Positions 43,817-54,474 of a DNA stretch of 64,000 nucleotides are shown piece by piece. The notes below the pieces were generated by a model. That model worked only from the letters and a program-made list of their open reading frames with translations, searched no databases and was not told the DNA's origin. The stretch is taken from IMG/VR virus record IMGVR_UViG_3300045988_001753, positions 32,001 to 96,000 of that record; one strand, written 5' to 3'. The DNA comes from a virus. Every line of letters starts with the position of its first letter. Within the stretch, counting starts at the first letter, position 1. The position numbers and the translations under genes are program-made.

Positions 43817-46800
43817 TTATTGTAGTACAGCCCAAATAGTAGCTGTCATAGCATCACCAATTTGCTGGTAGCCAGGGTCTGAAGGATGCACACCTTCAGT
43901 AGGTTTTGTTTCCTGGATAGAAATTCTTGATGCTACATTTGCAGCAGCTAATGGGTATCCATACCATCTATCAATCTGCATACCACTACCACAGATAAGA
44001 ACATTTTCATTGTAGGCACCATTATCAAATGTTTTAACAAGAGCTTCCCTAAGACTCTGCATATCTATTCTCATAGGATAATGTCTTCTATCAGAATCAG
44101 CTATTGCAGATGACCTACTCTTAGGATAGCAAATAGCAAATTTACCATTACCATCTGCTAAGTAAGCATCAATTAGCTTTTTAGCATTATTGACTATATT
44201 ATTAATATCTGTTTGGGTCTTGCTTCCTGTATATATATCATTAATGCCTAAATCACTCAACATTAAATCAATCTTCTCATCTTCTTCCAAACCTAATATA
44301 ACAGTTCTATAATACCCAAAGTCCAATGTGCCCACTCCTTCATTATTCTTAAATGGAGACCATCCACTTAGCCTCTGTACTCTTGTAACTTCTATACTGG
44401 ATGGCATAGAAGCAGCCCCACTTGTTTTAGTAGCAGTTCCAGTCCAAGAAGTATCTACACTACTATTGTTATATCCAATAGCATATCCTGTACCATCTCC
44501 ATTAAGGTGCCATAAATGCCTTAGATATACATTAGCTCCTCCTATGTTATAGTAAGGTGATGGATTAGCAGTTGCTATATCATCTTCTGTAAATCCTTCT
44601 GGCACATTAAAGTCTACTCTAATAACAGTCTCACCATTAGCAAACATACTATATGTTTTCTCAGTTCTGGCTTCATGTCTCCAAGTCTTAGTACTGTCGC
44701 TTCTTGTTCCAAGCATTATAGGAGCTATGCCTCCAGTAGCCTCTTCATGGAAATTCTTATATATCCTATTTGCTACATTACCATTTTCATTAGTACTATC
44801 ACCTATAATTAGGATTCTCTTTTGAGTGGATGGATTAACATTATCTACTACTTCAAGACCAACAGTAAATCTCTCATCGGGAGATTCTGTGGAGAACTTT
44901 TGATTCTTATTATTGTAGTAATCAATAGTTAATGTATGCTTCCCAATATCAGATGATTGCATAGTTCTTTGGTAACTTCTATAGTTCAAAGCTTTCCACT
45001 GACTTTCAATCTCAGATTGAATGTTGAACATCCAAGAAGGCTCACCCTTACCATAATCAGGTAAAAGATTAAATCCATCATAGTACAAATTAAACTCCAA
45101 TCCTACTGCTGCATGAAGTGTGGCAGGTAAAATGGACCTTGAAGTAAATTTGGAGGTATCACCACTCTCTTCCAATTCTGCTATCCTTTGGCTATTACTA
45201 TCTATATCTCTTCTCAAGGTATCACCACTCTCTCCTATGATAGCAAATATAGGCTCAATATTACCAATGTAATTATTATAAGTAACCATATTGGCATATG
45301 AAAAATATCCAAGACCAAAAACCTGAGTATCATAGTTGTAGCTTGAACACCTATATACTAACTGTAATGAATCATGGTACTCCTCATCTCCTTCATATAC
45401 CCATGAAGATATAGGAGCTATGCCTGATTCCAATGTATCATCTGGGTCAAATAATACCACACTAATAGTCTTATTAGCATCAACTGTTACCCTATCAGGT
45501 AGGTCTATGGCATAGAAGGTCTTATTAGACCTTGTAGGCAAATCTGTATAAGGATTAATACTTTTTTCAAGAATAAATCCTTCCTCACCTCTTAAATCAG
45601 AAGTAGTAACTTGCCTATCAAGTACATATACTCTAAGCTTACATTCCTTATTTGAAACTATTGATGAAGACTGACATAATGTAGTATAAATTCTATCAAA
45701 TGTTATCTGACTTCTTGTGACAGCATATAATACTCTACATCCATTATCTTGCAATATCTTCCAGTGAGAATTATCATAATAGCTCCCATAATTAGAGTTA
45801 TCTTCAGCCTCTTGAACAGTATTAGATTTAGGGAGATATGATTCCTCTAATGCACTTACTCTGTCCTTTAATCTTGTATAGGTAGAATTATCTTTCAATA
45901 TCAGAGGTATCTGATACTGGTAGGCATAGGCTCCTGTATTGTTAAAGAAACCCCAACCCCTTGGAATAGGAACTTCCTCAGTAGGACCATTACTTTGTCT
46001 GTACCAAGAGCTGAGTTCATCCTTAAACTCAGGCTCAGTTTTTCCAAAGTTAAGATACTTCATCCTAACCCCTGAACTTATTGTACTTAACTCACCAGTA
46101 AATATAACTACCTGTACTACACTGCCTACGGCAATATCAACATCATCTAATGATATTATAAGTTGATTATTAACAAAATCAGATAATTGCAAATCCCTGT
46201 TTACTACAGTAAACAAGTCTGGACTATCTGTAGGATTAACCAAACTTCCTAAATCAAATATACCTACCATTAGCTTAGTACCCTTCCTAAGCTCACTTAC
46301 TTTATAGAATTGTGTCTCAATGGTACTAACCTTAGTAGTAGTAGTAGTAAGCCTAACATATTGACACAATCCAGTATTATCACCAGTATATAAGATGGCT
46401 TGAGAAAGGTCAAGCAAATTACCATAATGCTCTGTATAAGCATAATCAACAGATTCCTTTACACTATTAGCATCTAAGATGCTAATATCCCTCTTATTTA
46501 TAGCTGACCATATTGTAGGATGAACAGGCTTACTAACCTTATCAAGTTTAACTTGAAATGAAGGATATGTACCTAATTCAGGAGTTACCCATTTGCTATC
46601 ATCTCCCAATAAAGCTACTTGGAAGTACTCATTTTCTCCATACCAAAGAGTAAGTCCCCCAATCTCAACATCAGTCTTGTTAATGCCGACTGTATGTACC
46701 CAATTACCATCCTTATAAATACCTCCAGAAATGTTATGTAGTGATGACCAACCATTAAATTTGAATAACCCATCTGTATCAGATGTATCAAATTTTGCCA

Positions 46801-48430
46801 AGACATATACTTCTATAATAGTATCAGCAAAGGGCTTTATAATACTACTGGTAGATGATACGAATTTTCTGCTAAGATATTCATTTAATTCTAATATATC
46901 ATTAGTATCTGTAGTGATACTCTTTAGATTTTCCAGTACCTGATACAGCAAATGGCTCTTCTTCTGCAATACCAAAGGAATTTGATACTGATAATTATAA
47001 TTACTACCTTCTGATACATTGAATAACTCCCAAGCTGGATAATTTGTTGCAGTAGGATATACACTTTGCCTATACCACCTTGATATATATTTATCAGTAG
47101 CATCACTTTTACCGAAGTTAAGGTATTTGAATGCTGCATTGCCTTCATTACAAGGTCTATCTCCTACTAATATGAAAGCCTGAACATATCCATCTTCCTC
47201 TACAACAAAATCATCATCAATAGATATTATTACCTGACCATATTTATAATCCTCAGATGTTATATGTCTTTTATTAACTATAGTAGTTATACCTTCTGCA
47301 TCAGGGGTTCCTATACTCTTGGAGAAATTTACTTGTATAAATGTAGTATCAGGAAATGCAATATTCTCATCATATTTGATGAATGGGGTTATAATTACAC
47401 TAAAGGTATCTCCCTTTTTAACAGGCACATAGGAACACAAGCCAGCATTGTCATTAGAGTATTTCTTTACATACTGTGAACCATAGAAGGAGATTCCATA
47501 CTGAGTATTTTTATTTATCTCAATAAGGTATGATACCTTATTTACTATATCCATTTGCTCTAAAAGAGAGTCTATATCTGGTCTATCAATCAAAGTTCTG
47601 ATTGCAAAATCAAGATATGGATGATATGGAGATACAACATCTTCAGTGTAGAAGGTTATAGTAGGATAAGTACCAGACTCTACAGTGGGGAAATTAGTTA
47701 CATCTGCGAGTATGTAACATTGCCCCCAATCATCATTGGGGTCATTTCTAAATAGAATATACTTGTTCTCTATTAGAGAAGAAATACTACCTATAAACTG
47801 AATAGTCTTATACCATCCCCCACTGTGATAGAATCCACCTGAAAGAAAATATGATGAAGAGCTTTTACTATAGCTGGAAAGTCTAAAATCTGATAATCCT
47901 TCTACATCCAAACTAAACTTTGGTACTATCTTACAGGATAACATTCCATTGGCAAACTCCTCAACTGTAGAAGCTGCTGATTTGACAGGAAATCCACCAC
48001 TATATCTTCTTATAGCATCAGTAGTAGCTTTTTGACTGATAGCTACATCCTCAGATGTACCTAACTCTTGAGCCATATTAGTAGAGTCAGATAATAGACT
48101 CCAGTATTCCTGATTACTCCAATCAGATACACTATTTCCATTAAACTGGTATGTTACCCATCCATTTTCTGTCAAGAATCTACCCTGAAATCCAAGTACT
48201 CTATCCTCTGAAGGCACTTTGGCAATAGCTTGAGCTAAAGTTAATACTTCTGCTGTATGGTCATCATTGTAGTTAGTAGATATATTTACCGTGCCTCTCC
48301 TATTAAGGATGTGGTCAAGCCTCTCATTATTCTCATCATAGACAGCCTTGACAGAAGTAACAGGATATACATCAGTAGTCTGTGTACCACCTACTAATTC
48401 ATTTTCTAAAATCTTCTTTATTTTTCCCAT
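43817..48430 (-). CDS. tail fibre/spike with internal tandem duplication and C-terminal SGNH (GDSL) esterase domain
   Basis: 1537 aa. SGNH blocks: RILIIGDSTNENG (GDS at nt 44795-44803), DLGINDIY, and TEGVHPSDPGY (His codon 43886-43888). Two ~360-aa repeats share the strings GTYP(T/S), KYLNFGK, WYRQS and YQYQIPL(V/I)L. Confidence 0.7.
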   Translation of the reverse strand: MGKIKKILENELVGGTQTTDVYPVTSVKAVYDENNERLDHILNRRGTVNISTNYNDDHTAEVLTLAQAIAKVPSEDRVLGFQGRFLTENGWVTYQFNGNSVSDWSNQEYWSLLSDSTNMAQELGTSEDVAISQKATTDAIRRYSGGFPVKSAASTVEEFANGMLSCKIVPKFSLDVEGLSDFRLSSYSKSSSSYFLSGGFYHSGGWYKTIQFIGSISSLIENKYILFRNDPNDDWGQCYILADVTNFPTVESGTYPTITFYTEDVVSPYHPYLDFAIRTLIDRPDIDSLLEQMDIVNKVSYLIEINKNTQYGISFYGSQYVKKYSNDNAGLCSYVPVKKGDTFSVIITPFIKYDENIAFPDTTFIQVNFSKSIGTPDAEGITTIVNKRHITSEDYKYGQVIISIDDDFVVEEDGYVQAFILVGDRPCNEGNAAFKYLNFGKSDATDKYISRWYRQSVYPTATNYPAWELFNVSEGSNYNYQYQIPLVLQKKSHLLYQVLENLKSITTDTNDILELNEYLSRKFVSSTSSIIKPFADTIIEVYVLAKFDTSDTDGLFKFNGWSSLHNISGGIYKDGNWVHTVGINKTDVEIGGLTLWYGENEYFQVALLGDDSKWVTPELGTYPSFQVKLDKVSKPVHPTIWSAINKRDISILDANSVKESVDYAYTEHYGNLLDLSQAILYTGDNTGLCQYVRLTTTTTKVSTIETQFYKVSELRKGTKLMVGIFDLGSLVNPTDSPDLFTVVNRDLQLSDFVNNQLIISLDDVDIAVGSVVQVVIFTGELSTISSGVRMKYLNFGKTEPEFKDELSSWYRQSNGPTEEVPIPRGWGFFNNTGAYAYQYQIPLILKDNSTYTRLKDRVSALEESYLPKSNTVQEAEDNSNYGSYYDNSHWKILQDNGCRVLYAVTRSQITFDRIYTTLCQSSSIVSNKECKLRVYVLDRQVTTSDLRGEEGFILEKSINPYTDLPTRSNKTFYAIDLPDRVTVDANKTISVVLFDPDDTLESGIAPISSWVYEGDEEYHDSLQLVYRCSSYNYDTQVFGLGYFSYANMVTYNNYIGNIEPIFAIIGESGDTLRRDIDSNSQRIAELEESGDTSKFTSRSILPATLHAAVGLEFNLYYDGFNLLPDYGKGEPSWMFNIQSEIESQWKALNYRSYQRTMQSSDIGKHTLTIDYYNNKNQKFSTESPDERFTVGLEVVDNVNPSTQKRILIIGDSTNENGNVANRIYKNFHEEATGGIAPIMLGTRSDSTKTWRHEARTEKTYSMFANGETVIRVDFNVPEGFTEDDIATANPSPYYNIGGANVYLRHLWHLNGDGTGYAIGYNNSSVDTSWTGTATKTSGAASMPSSIEVTRVQRLSGWSPFKNNEGVGTLDFGYYRTVILGLEEDEKIDLMLSDLGINDIYTGSKTQTDINNIVNNAKKLIDAYLADGNGKFAICYPKSRSSAIADSDRRHYPMRIDMQSLREALVKTFDNGAYNENVLICGSGMQIDRWYGYPLAAANVASRISIQETKPTEGVHPSDPGYQQIGDAMTATIWAVLQ

Positions 48431-48440
48431 TTCTTTTCTA

Positions 48441-48647
48441 TTATGATATTACTATATCTGGAACATCTCCTACATACTGAAATACTAACTGACCCACAGA
48501 TTCTATGGTAATATCTATCAAGATAGGAGTCCAGCCACCATTATAGAAAAATAGCTTGAAGTTCCCATCTGGTAATGGCTTTAGCCATCCTACATTTGTA
48601 TCTGTAGGCTCAGTACTACTAATCAATAAATTTCTTACTACTTTCAT
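48441..48647 (-). CDS. hypothetical small protein
   Basis: 68-aa ORF between the two fibre genes, preceded by an A9 tract. Confidence 0.45.
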   Translation of the reverse strand: MKVVRNLLISSTEPTDTNVGWLKPLPDGNFKLFFYNGGWTPILIDITIESVGQLVFQYVGDVPDIVIS

Positions 48648-48655
48648 CTTTTTTT

Positions 48656-49333
48656 TTATGATTGTAATGCTCCTGAAGCTCTAAGTGCTGACAACAAAGC
48701 ATTAACCTTAGCACATATTGCAGCAGCATCCTCAGTACCAGCCAAATCTGCAACTGCTGCTGCCATCAATACCCCACCTCTTACTGAGGTAGAAGCATTA
48801 GGTAATGTATAATTATTAGCATTAGAAGCTATATTATCTAACTTAGATTTATCAGCAGCACTCATAAGACCATTAGCTGATGGAGTTGCTGCATTATAGG
48901 TAGTATTAGTATCAGTCCAAGGCACATTAACCTTCATGGTACCATCAGAGTTAACCTGCACATTGTAATCTCTTTCTGATGTAGTGCCAGTAGTGGCAGA
49001 CTTAACTCCACCTAAAGCAGATGCCGAGGCTATAGGAAGGGTATAAGCAGAAGGAATAGTAGGCTTATTACTTAAATCATTATATGAGCCACTCGTAGCT
49101 ACAGCAGCTAAGGTAGGAAAGTCAGTTATATCTGACTTTGTATGGGTATGTGATGATGGAGCAAAAGTTTTAGGCTTGTCTTCAATATCATCCCACTTTA
49201 TAGTAGGAGCATCCTGACCCTTAATATCTTGCCATCCATTCTCTCCATAGTATTTAAGTTTTCCACCATTAAGCCATAAGTTCTGAATACTTGGAGCTTT
49301 TATATCTTCTATAATATCTCTAAATCTTCTCAT
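48656..49333 (-). CDS. tail fibre protein
   Basis: 225 aa with sequence strings common in phage fibre proteins: SSHTHTKSDITDF, ATSGSYNDLSNKP, NGLMSAADKSKLDNI. Directly downstream of portal. Confidence 0.65.
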   Translation of the reverse strand: MRRFRDIIEDIKAPSIQNLWLNGGKLKYYGENGWQDIKGQDAPTIKWDDIEDKPKTFAPSSHTHTKSDITDFPTLAAVATSGSYNDLSNKPTIPSAYTLPIASASALGGVKSATTGTTSERDYNVQVNSDGTMKVNVPWTDTNTTYNAATPSANGLMSAADKSKLDNIASNANNYTLPNASTSVRGGVLMAAAVADLAGTEDAAAICAKVNALLSALRASGALQS

Positions 49334-51747
49334 TTTTGAGTTGTTTTATTTGAAGTTTTATTTATTTGCTTTTCCTTCAATCTTGCATCAGTACTTGCCT
49401 TAGTCTTATCAAGCTCAAGCCTTTCCCTGTCAAGTTTTATTCTTTCATCAAATTCTCTTATTTGCTCCATTAGCTTATCCTTAGCCTCTTGTGAATATTC
49501 AGGTTCTATTATACCATCATCTTCACTATTCTTGCTATAAGCCTGCATCTGTGCAATAAGAATCTTTGTCTCATTATCTCTTTGGTTAAGAGCATCTTCC
49601 TGTTGCATCTTAGCCTGTTCCATCTGAGCCTTCTGTTCTATCTCCTGTTGCTGTACTTGCAACTGCTGTTGCTGAGCTTGAGCTTGTCTTTCTTGAATAC
49701 TTCTTTCATCCTTTTCAACAAGTCTCTGCTTCTCAGCAAGTGAAGATGAACTGAATAACTTCATAATAGTTGAGAATGATAGAGTCTGGTTCTGCAATGC
49801 TGCCTGAGCTAAAGTATCAAGTTTTGAGTTTAATTCTTGAATGCCATTACTATTGTCTACTACAAGACCATAATCAGCTTCTGCAAATTCATCACCATCT
49901 ATCTCCATAACTCTCATTGAATTATCTGATAAGATGTATTGGAATTTCTTGCTTCTGCCTCTCAATGCTATCTTAGCTGTTTCAAGCAAGCACTCTAATG
50001 CTCTCTTCTTGACATCCTCATGTACTACAAATAGCCACTCTGTAATGTGAGAAGACTGCATCATACTTCTCTCTACTCCACCTACTGTTTCTCTATTACT
50101 TACCTGACCTTCTCTTTGCTTAGTAATACCAGCAACTTCTGCCATTTCCATCTTGATAAATTCAAGAAGATTAATGTATTGCTGTATCTGATTGCCATCA
50201 GAAGCTGTAATTACACCAGTAGAAGCATTGTTTAATGCACCTGCAAGTTTACCTGTAGCTGCACCTACATTACCTTCATTGAAGCTATCTTCTACTGCAA
50301 GACCCATAGTCTTTGCATAGTATAACCATTTCTCTACATCCCATCCCTTAGGTTTCTTGGCAAAATCTAATCTCACCAATGAACCCCAGTTTCTTGCTAT
50401 CAGCTTATTTAATCTATCATGTATTGCATCATACAAATAGTTATATGGCTTCATCATATCCACCAAGCTGAATGGTCTGTTGTCATTAAGGTTATAAATA
50501 GAGCCTACAATTCCAAAGTGACATCTTGAAGGGTTACTTAGTCTGTTATATTGAACTACTCTTGGTCTCATATTGACATAAATGTCTGTACCAATCTTAG
50601 TTCCTTCCCATGCTTCATTGATGTAGAATATCTGCTCTTCTTCTCCAGCATCCTTATCTATTACATAAGTCTCTGGGTAGAAGTTAAATACTTCTTCACC
50701 TGTTTGAGGGTCATAACTCCTTACCTTCTTAATCTTTCTTCTTGACTTCCAATATACTCTAAGTACTCTCAGGTTTCCTGCAACATCATAAGGAAGAAGT
50801 GAGTTATTAACTCCATCATATCCTCCTAATGGGTCCCAAAAGAATCCCTCTGTACTTATTTCATCCCCTATCATATGATTATTGACAAAGCCATATCTCT
50901 CATCAATATTATCCATAGAGTCTGTAGCAGCTTGACCTACATGGTCAGGCATTTTCTCTATATACTCCATGTCTTTCTTTGTCAATACATCATAGTAAGT
51001 ATCAATAACCTTGCCTGGACTCCAATAATCTTCGAGGATTATCATATCTGCATCCTCAATCTTATTGCTATATCCTGACTTAAAGATTCTCACTTTGAGT
51101 GGATTCAATCTTTCAATAGTAGGCTCACCTCCTACAATATCACATTGGTAAATCTCTTCACCAACTGCCATTGCATCCATGAATCCCTGATTGAACATTA
51201 AAGGAATATTCAACTCCTTTACATAATGGTTAAGAAGGGCATTAGCCCTAATTTCCCTCATGTCCTGCCACTCATAGGTGTAGTAATCATTTATCTTTTC
51301 AAGCTCTTGGTTAGCCTCCTCTTCTGATTGAGAAGTATTAGATACCCATTCCTGTAGCTTCTGTAGTAATTCTTGCTTCTTGTTATTCTCTATCTCTGTA
51401 ATAGCATTAGGATTAGTAACTACTACTTTGAAGTCAAAGACTCTCTTACTTTCCTCACCTCTAAGCACATTCAACTTACTATTCATAATAGGATAGTGTT
51501 GAATCCTATCAGGTATGAAACCTGCCTGTAGCTTTTCAGGATTCAGTATCATCTCAAGGTCACTCATGTGTAGTTTACCATTGAGCAAGTCATAGTTAAT
51601 TTTCTTATGTATTACAGATTTTCTAACTAAGCTATAATTGAAGAAGGTCTTACTGTCTGCCCAATCCAAGTGCTTCTTCCTCCAAGCTTTATTTTTCTTA
51701 CTGAAGGGAAGTTGCTGTGGAGGCAAATTTATCATTTCATATCCCAT
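49330..51747 (-). CDS. portal protein (putative)
   Basis: 805-aa ORF next to TerL, with its own promoter and a Q-rich coiled-coil C-terminus. Size and position fit crAss-like portals. Confidence 0.65.
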   Translation of the reverse strand: MGYEMINLPPQQLPFSKKNKAWRKKHLDWADSKTFFNYSLVRKSVIHKKINYDLLNGKLHMSDLEMILNPEKLQAGFIPDRIQHYPIMNSKLNVLRGEESKRVFDFKVVVTNPNAITEIENNKKQELLQKLQEWVSNTSQSEEEANQELEKINDYYTYEWQDMREIRANALLNHYVKELNIPLMFNQGFMDAMAVGEEIYQCDIVGGEPTIERLNPLKVRIFKSGYSNKIEDADMIILEDYWSPGKVIDTYYDVLTKKDMEYIEKMPDHVGQAATDSMDNIDERYGFVNNHMIGDEISTEGFFWDPLGGYDGVNNSLLPYDVAGNLRVLRVYWKSRRKIKKVRSYDPQTGEEVFNFYPETYVIDKDAGEEEQIFYINEAWEGTKIGTDIYVNMRPRVVQYNRLSNPSRCHFGIVGSIYNLNDNRPFSLVDMMKPYNYLYDAIHDRLNKLIARNWGSLVRLDFAKKPKGWDVEKWLYYAKTMGLAVEDSFNEGNVGAATGKLAGALNNASTGVITASDGNQIQQYINLLEFIKMEMAEVAGITKQREGQVSNRETVGGVERSMMQSSHITEWLFVVHEDVKKRALECLLETAKIALRGRSKKFQYILSDNSMRVMEIDGDEFAEADYGLVVDNSNGIQELNSKLDTLAQAALQNQTLSFSTIMKLFSSSSLAEKQRLVEKDERSIQERQAQAQQQQLQVQQQEIEQKAQMEQAKMQQEDALNQRDNETKILIAQMQAYSKNSEDDGIIEPEYSQEAKDKLMEQIREFDERIKLDRERLELDKTKASTDARLKEKQINKTSNKTTQK

Positions 51748-51770
51748 TATACTTCAATTTAATTACTGTG

Positions 51771-51801
51771 CAAAGGTAAGTAAAATCCTTGACCTATGCA
51801 A
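51771..51801 (-). promoter_or_regulatory. Bacteroidota-type promoter (TTG-N20-TAnnTTTG)
   Basis: Minus strand reads TTG-cataggtcaaggattttact-TAccTTTG, ending 23 nt before ATG 51747. Confidence 0.7.
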
Positions 51802-51846
51802 GTATATAAGTAATTTATTAACCATCAGTCTCCATTTTTACTAAAT

Positions 51847-54147
51847 TTACTGCCTAAACCTAAAGTCATAGTTCCTCTTGAAGAATGGGTCATTACCATC
51901 ATAGCTATTATTAGCCCTCTCCTGCTTTTCCTTACTAACATCTCCTTGGTATCTTATCATTCTATCTTCCCTTAGAAGCATCAGCATACCCATAGCAGAT
52001 ATTCTATCGAAGTTACCCTCAGAGTTGTAATTAATAAGCTCTTTCAGCAGTGCTCTGTTCCTTACAGTAAATAGTCTTGGAACCATTACCTCTTTCTCTT
52101 CTCCATCAATAGTTTGCATAATAGGAACTGGAGCTAATAGCCAGCTTCTCAATCTACTTCTTGCATAAGCATTAATGGCAGGAGAGGCATTAGTACCTTT
52201 TGACTTGTTACCATAGCCATCTTTCATCATCTGCTTTTCCTTTAAGAAATCAAGGACATCTGTAAGAAGATAGAGACTATTTCTTGTCGAGAAGTGAGAG
52301 AATAGACCTTTTTTATTGTACTCATAGTTCAGCCTGCCATTGTAGAATAGACAAAGCTTTCTACAAATCTCATAGTAATCATCAGCAAAAGGAGGTCTTC
52401 CAGTGTATTCAGCTACTATCCTATCTGTCCATAAATCCAGTACAAATATAGAACCTAAAGACATAGTATTTGATTCATCATCATCATAAGGGTCAGCACC
52501 TAATATATACCTATCATTGTATGGCTTGCCTGTATTCCTATCAATCTCAGGTAACTGATATATTTCAATAGCACCCTCTATCTTATTATCCTTATGTGGG
52601 AAATCCCTAATAGGTGTAGCAGAGGTAGGTTTATACTCCACCTGACCATCTTTATTGAATACCAAATCACCTACATACACATCATCATACTCTGTAGGAT
52701 TAGCATCCAATTGTCCTATTCTTTCAGTCAAGTCAGCTACAGGGAACATATTTACACCTGTCTTAACAATAGCTTCAGCAGGAGTAATAGGAACCTCAGC
52801 AATAGTCTTAATAATAGTGTTAGGGTCAGTAGAATTGTACTTTACCCTATACCTATTCATAAGAATTTCAATCAGAGCCTTAATTACATCAGATACACCA
52901 TTCTCATTATAACATCCCTTTCTATTCACATAGCCAGGAAAGAAGAATACAAAGTAAGGTTTACCTTGGTTGTACTTATCAAATACATTAGGTAAAGCAT
53001 ACATATTATAACCTTTAGGGTTATACATGATTTCCTGAGCACCAGCAAAGTCTGACTCATTATCACCAGCAGTACCTAACATATAGATTTGTCCAAAGAC
53101 AATATCACCTTCCTGTACTGAAGGTAAAAGCACATTATACAAATCAACTAATCTTGGGAATGTACCAAACTCTTCAATTAAAATCTTAGCAGCTCTCTTA
53201 CCTCTCAACTTGGACTCATCATCCTTAGATGATACTCCAAGTACTGTATTCTGAGTACCTCTTTCAATATCCAACTCTACATCCTTATACCCCATTATCC
53301 ATGTCATTTCCTGTAAAGAGTTCTTTAATCTCTTTCTTGGAAACTGGGTATTGGTTGCACAGAAGTTAGCCATATCTACAAACTTGTTAAGGACACCATC
53401 CTTAGTAAGATACTCCTTCTGATAGGCAGTCACTATACCCTTTACCTTTTCATGTGCTTCCTCATTCTCACCTACCACAAAGATATGGTTAAGTATAGAT
53501 GCAAGACTATATGACTTACCTTTACCTCTGGAAGCAAGTTCAGCCATGTGCTGACCTCCCTCAAAGTTATTATACAAGCCACCATTTGATGCTTGGTCTA
53601 AGCAATGGAATCTCCAATAGATACCTTCCCAACATTCAGGTAGTGCCTCTACTCTATCAGCTCTTTTGGACTTTCTCTTCTTACCATTCTTATCCTTATA
53701 CTCTCTAATCTTAGAGAGCATCATAGGAGAATAGTTAAGGAACCAATACATATATCCTGTAACCCATTCTCCATCACTTTCCCTTACATAACCATCCCAG
53801 ATTCTTCTTCTTTCCTCTCTTACCCACTTACCATATTCACTATTAGGATTGGCATTAGGTCTAAGGTTAGTAAATGTACCATACTTCTCATAATGTATAG
53901 CAGATGGTCTGAAGTAATCCATATCCTCTAATATATGAGGATTAGCCAAGTCTACAATGATTCTACCCCTATCATCCCTTGGTCTATCCTTAGCATATTC
54001 TCTTGTAGGGCTTATCAATCTCTTGACAAACTCTACATTATTTATAATATCAAATAATTGGTCCTGAACTTCTTGAGGAAGGCTATTAACCAATTCCTCA
54101 GTTAGCTCAGTTTGATATTTATTCATTGGTATTTTCTGAAACTCCAT
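51847..54147 (-). CDS. terL: terminase large subunit
   Basis: 766 aa. Walker A-like LASRGKGKSYS, Walker B-like AAKILIEEFG, and a C-terminal acidic nuclease-type motif ILGADPYDDD. Confidence 0.85.
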   Translation of the reverse strand: MEFQKIPMNKYQTELTEELVNSLPQEVQDQLFDIINNVEFVKRLISPTREYAKDRPRDDRGRIIVDLANPHILEDMDYFRPSAIHYEKYGTFTNLRPNANPNSEYGKWVREERRRIWDGYVRESDGEWVTGYMYWFLNYSPMMLSKIREYKDKNGKKRKSKRADRVEALPECWEGIYWRFHCLDQASNGGLYNNFEGGQHMAELASRGKGKSYSLASILNHIFVVGENEEAHEKVKGIVTAYQKEYLTKDGVLNKFVDMANFCATNTQFPRKRLKNSLQEMTWIMGYKDVELDIERGTQNTVLGVSSKDDESKLRGKRAAKILIEEFGTFPRLVDLYNVLLPSVQEGDIVFGQIYMLGTAGDNESDFAGAQEIMYNPKGYNMYALPNVFDKYNQGKPYFVFFFPGYVNRKGCYNENGVSDVIKALIEILMNRYRVKYNSTDPNTIIKTIAEVPITPAEAIVKTGVNMFPVADLTERIGQLDANPTEYDDVYVGDLVFNKDGQVEYKPTSATPIRDFPHKDNKIEGAIEIYQLPEIDRNTGKPYNDRYILGADPYDDDESNTMSLGSIFVLDLWTDRIVAEYTGRPPFADDYYEICRKLCLFYNGRLNYEYNKKGLFSHFSTRNSLYLLTDVLDFLKEKQMMKDGYGNKSKGTNASPAINAYARSRLRSWLLAPVPIMQTIDGEEKEVMVPRLFTVRNRALLKELINYNSEGNFDRISAMGMLMLLREDRMIRYQGDVSKEKQERANNSYDGNDPFFKRNYDFRFRQ

Positions 54148-54472
54148 TATATTCTCCCTTTATAACTGCTTCATAAAAATCAGAGCCTATCCAATTGAAT
54201 ATTAGTGTACTCAACATGATATTCATCTCTCTTAACATATTCTCTTCCTGACCATCAGGAACCTTAGCAGTATGCTGTACTGTTATTACTCTATAAGATT
54301 TACCTCTCTTAGTGAACCAAAGAGTGTACTTGTAAATCTTATAAACCTTGAATGAGGAATGAGGCATGATTTCTTTCTGTAATACCATGTGCCCCACATT
54401 CTCAATTCCCTTCTCACTTCTCCTTGTCTCAATATGTTTATTAAGACCTTCTATAATATCTTCTGCTTTCAT
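54119..54472 (-). CDS. hypothetical protein
   Basis: 117-aa ORF. Overlaps the TerL start by 29 nt. Confidence 0.5.
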   Translation of the reverse strand: MKAEDIIEGLNKHIETRRSEKGIENVGHMVLQKEIMPHSSFKVYKIYKYTLWFTKRGKSYRVITVQHTAKVPDGQEENMLREMNIMLSTLIFNWIGSDFYEAVIKGEYNGVSENTNE

Positions 54473-54474
54473 AG

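Noticed and set aside
45820-47985. Diversity-generating retroelement (template/variable repeat) in the tail-fibre duplication.
   Set aside because: The two copies are diverged at the protein level throughout rather than differing at adenine-specific positions. No near-identical ~100-150 bp DNA repeat and no reverse transcriptase gene occur in the window.
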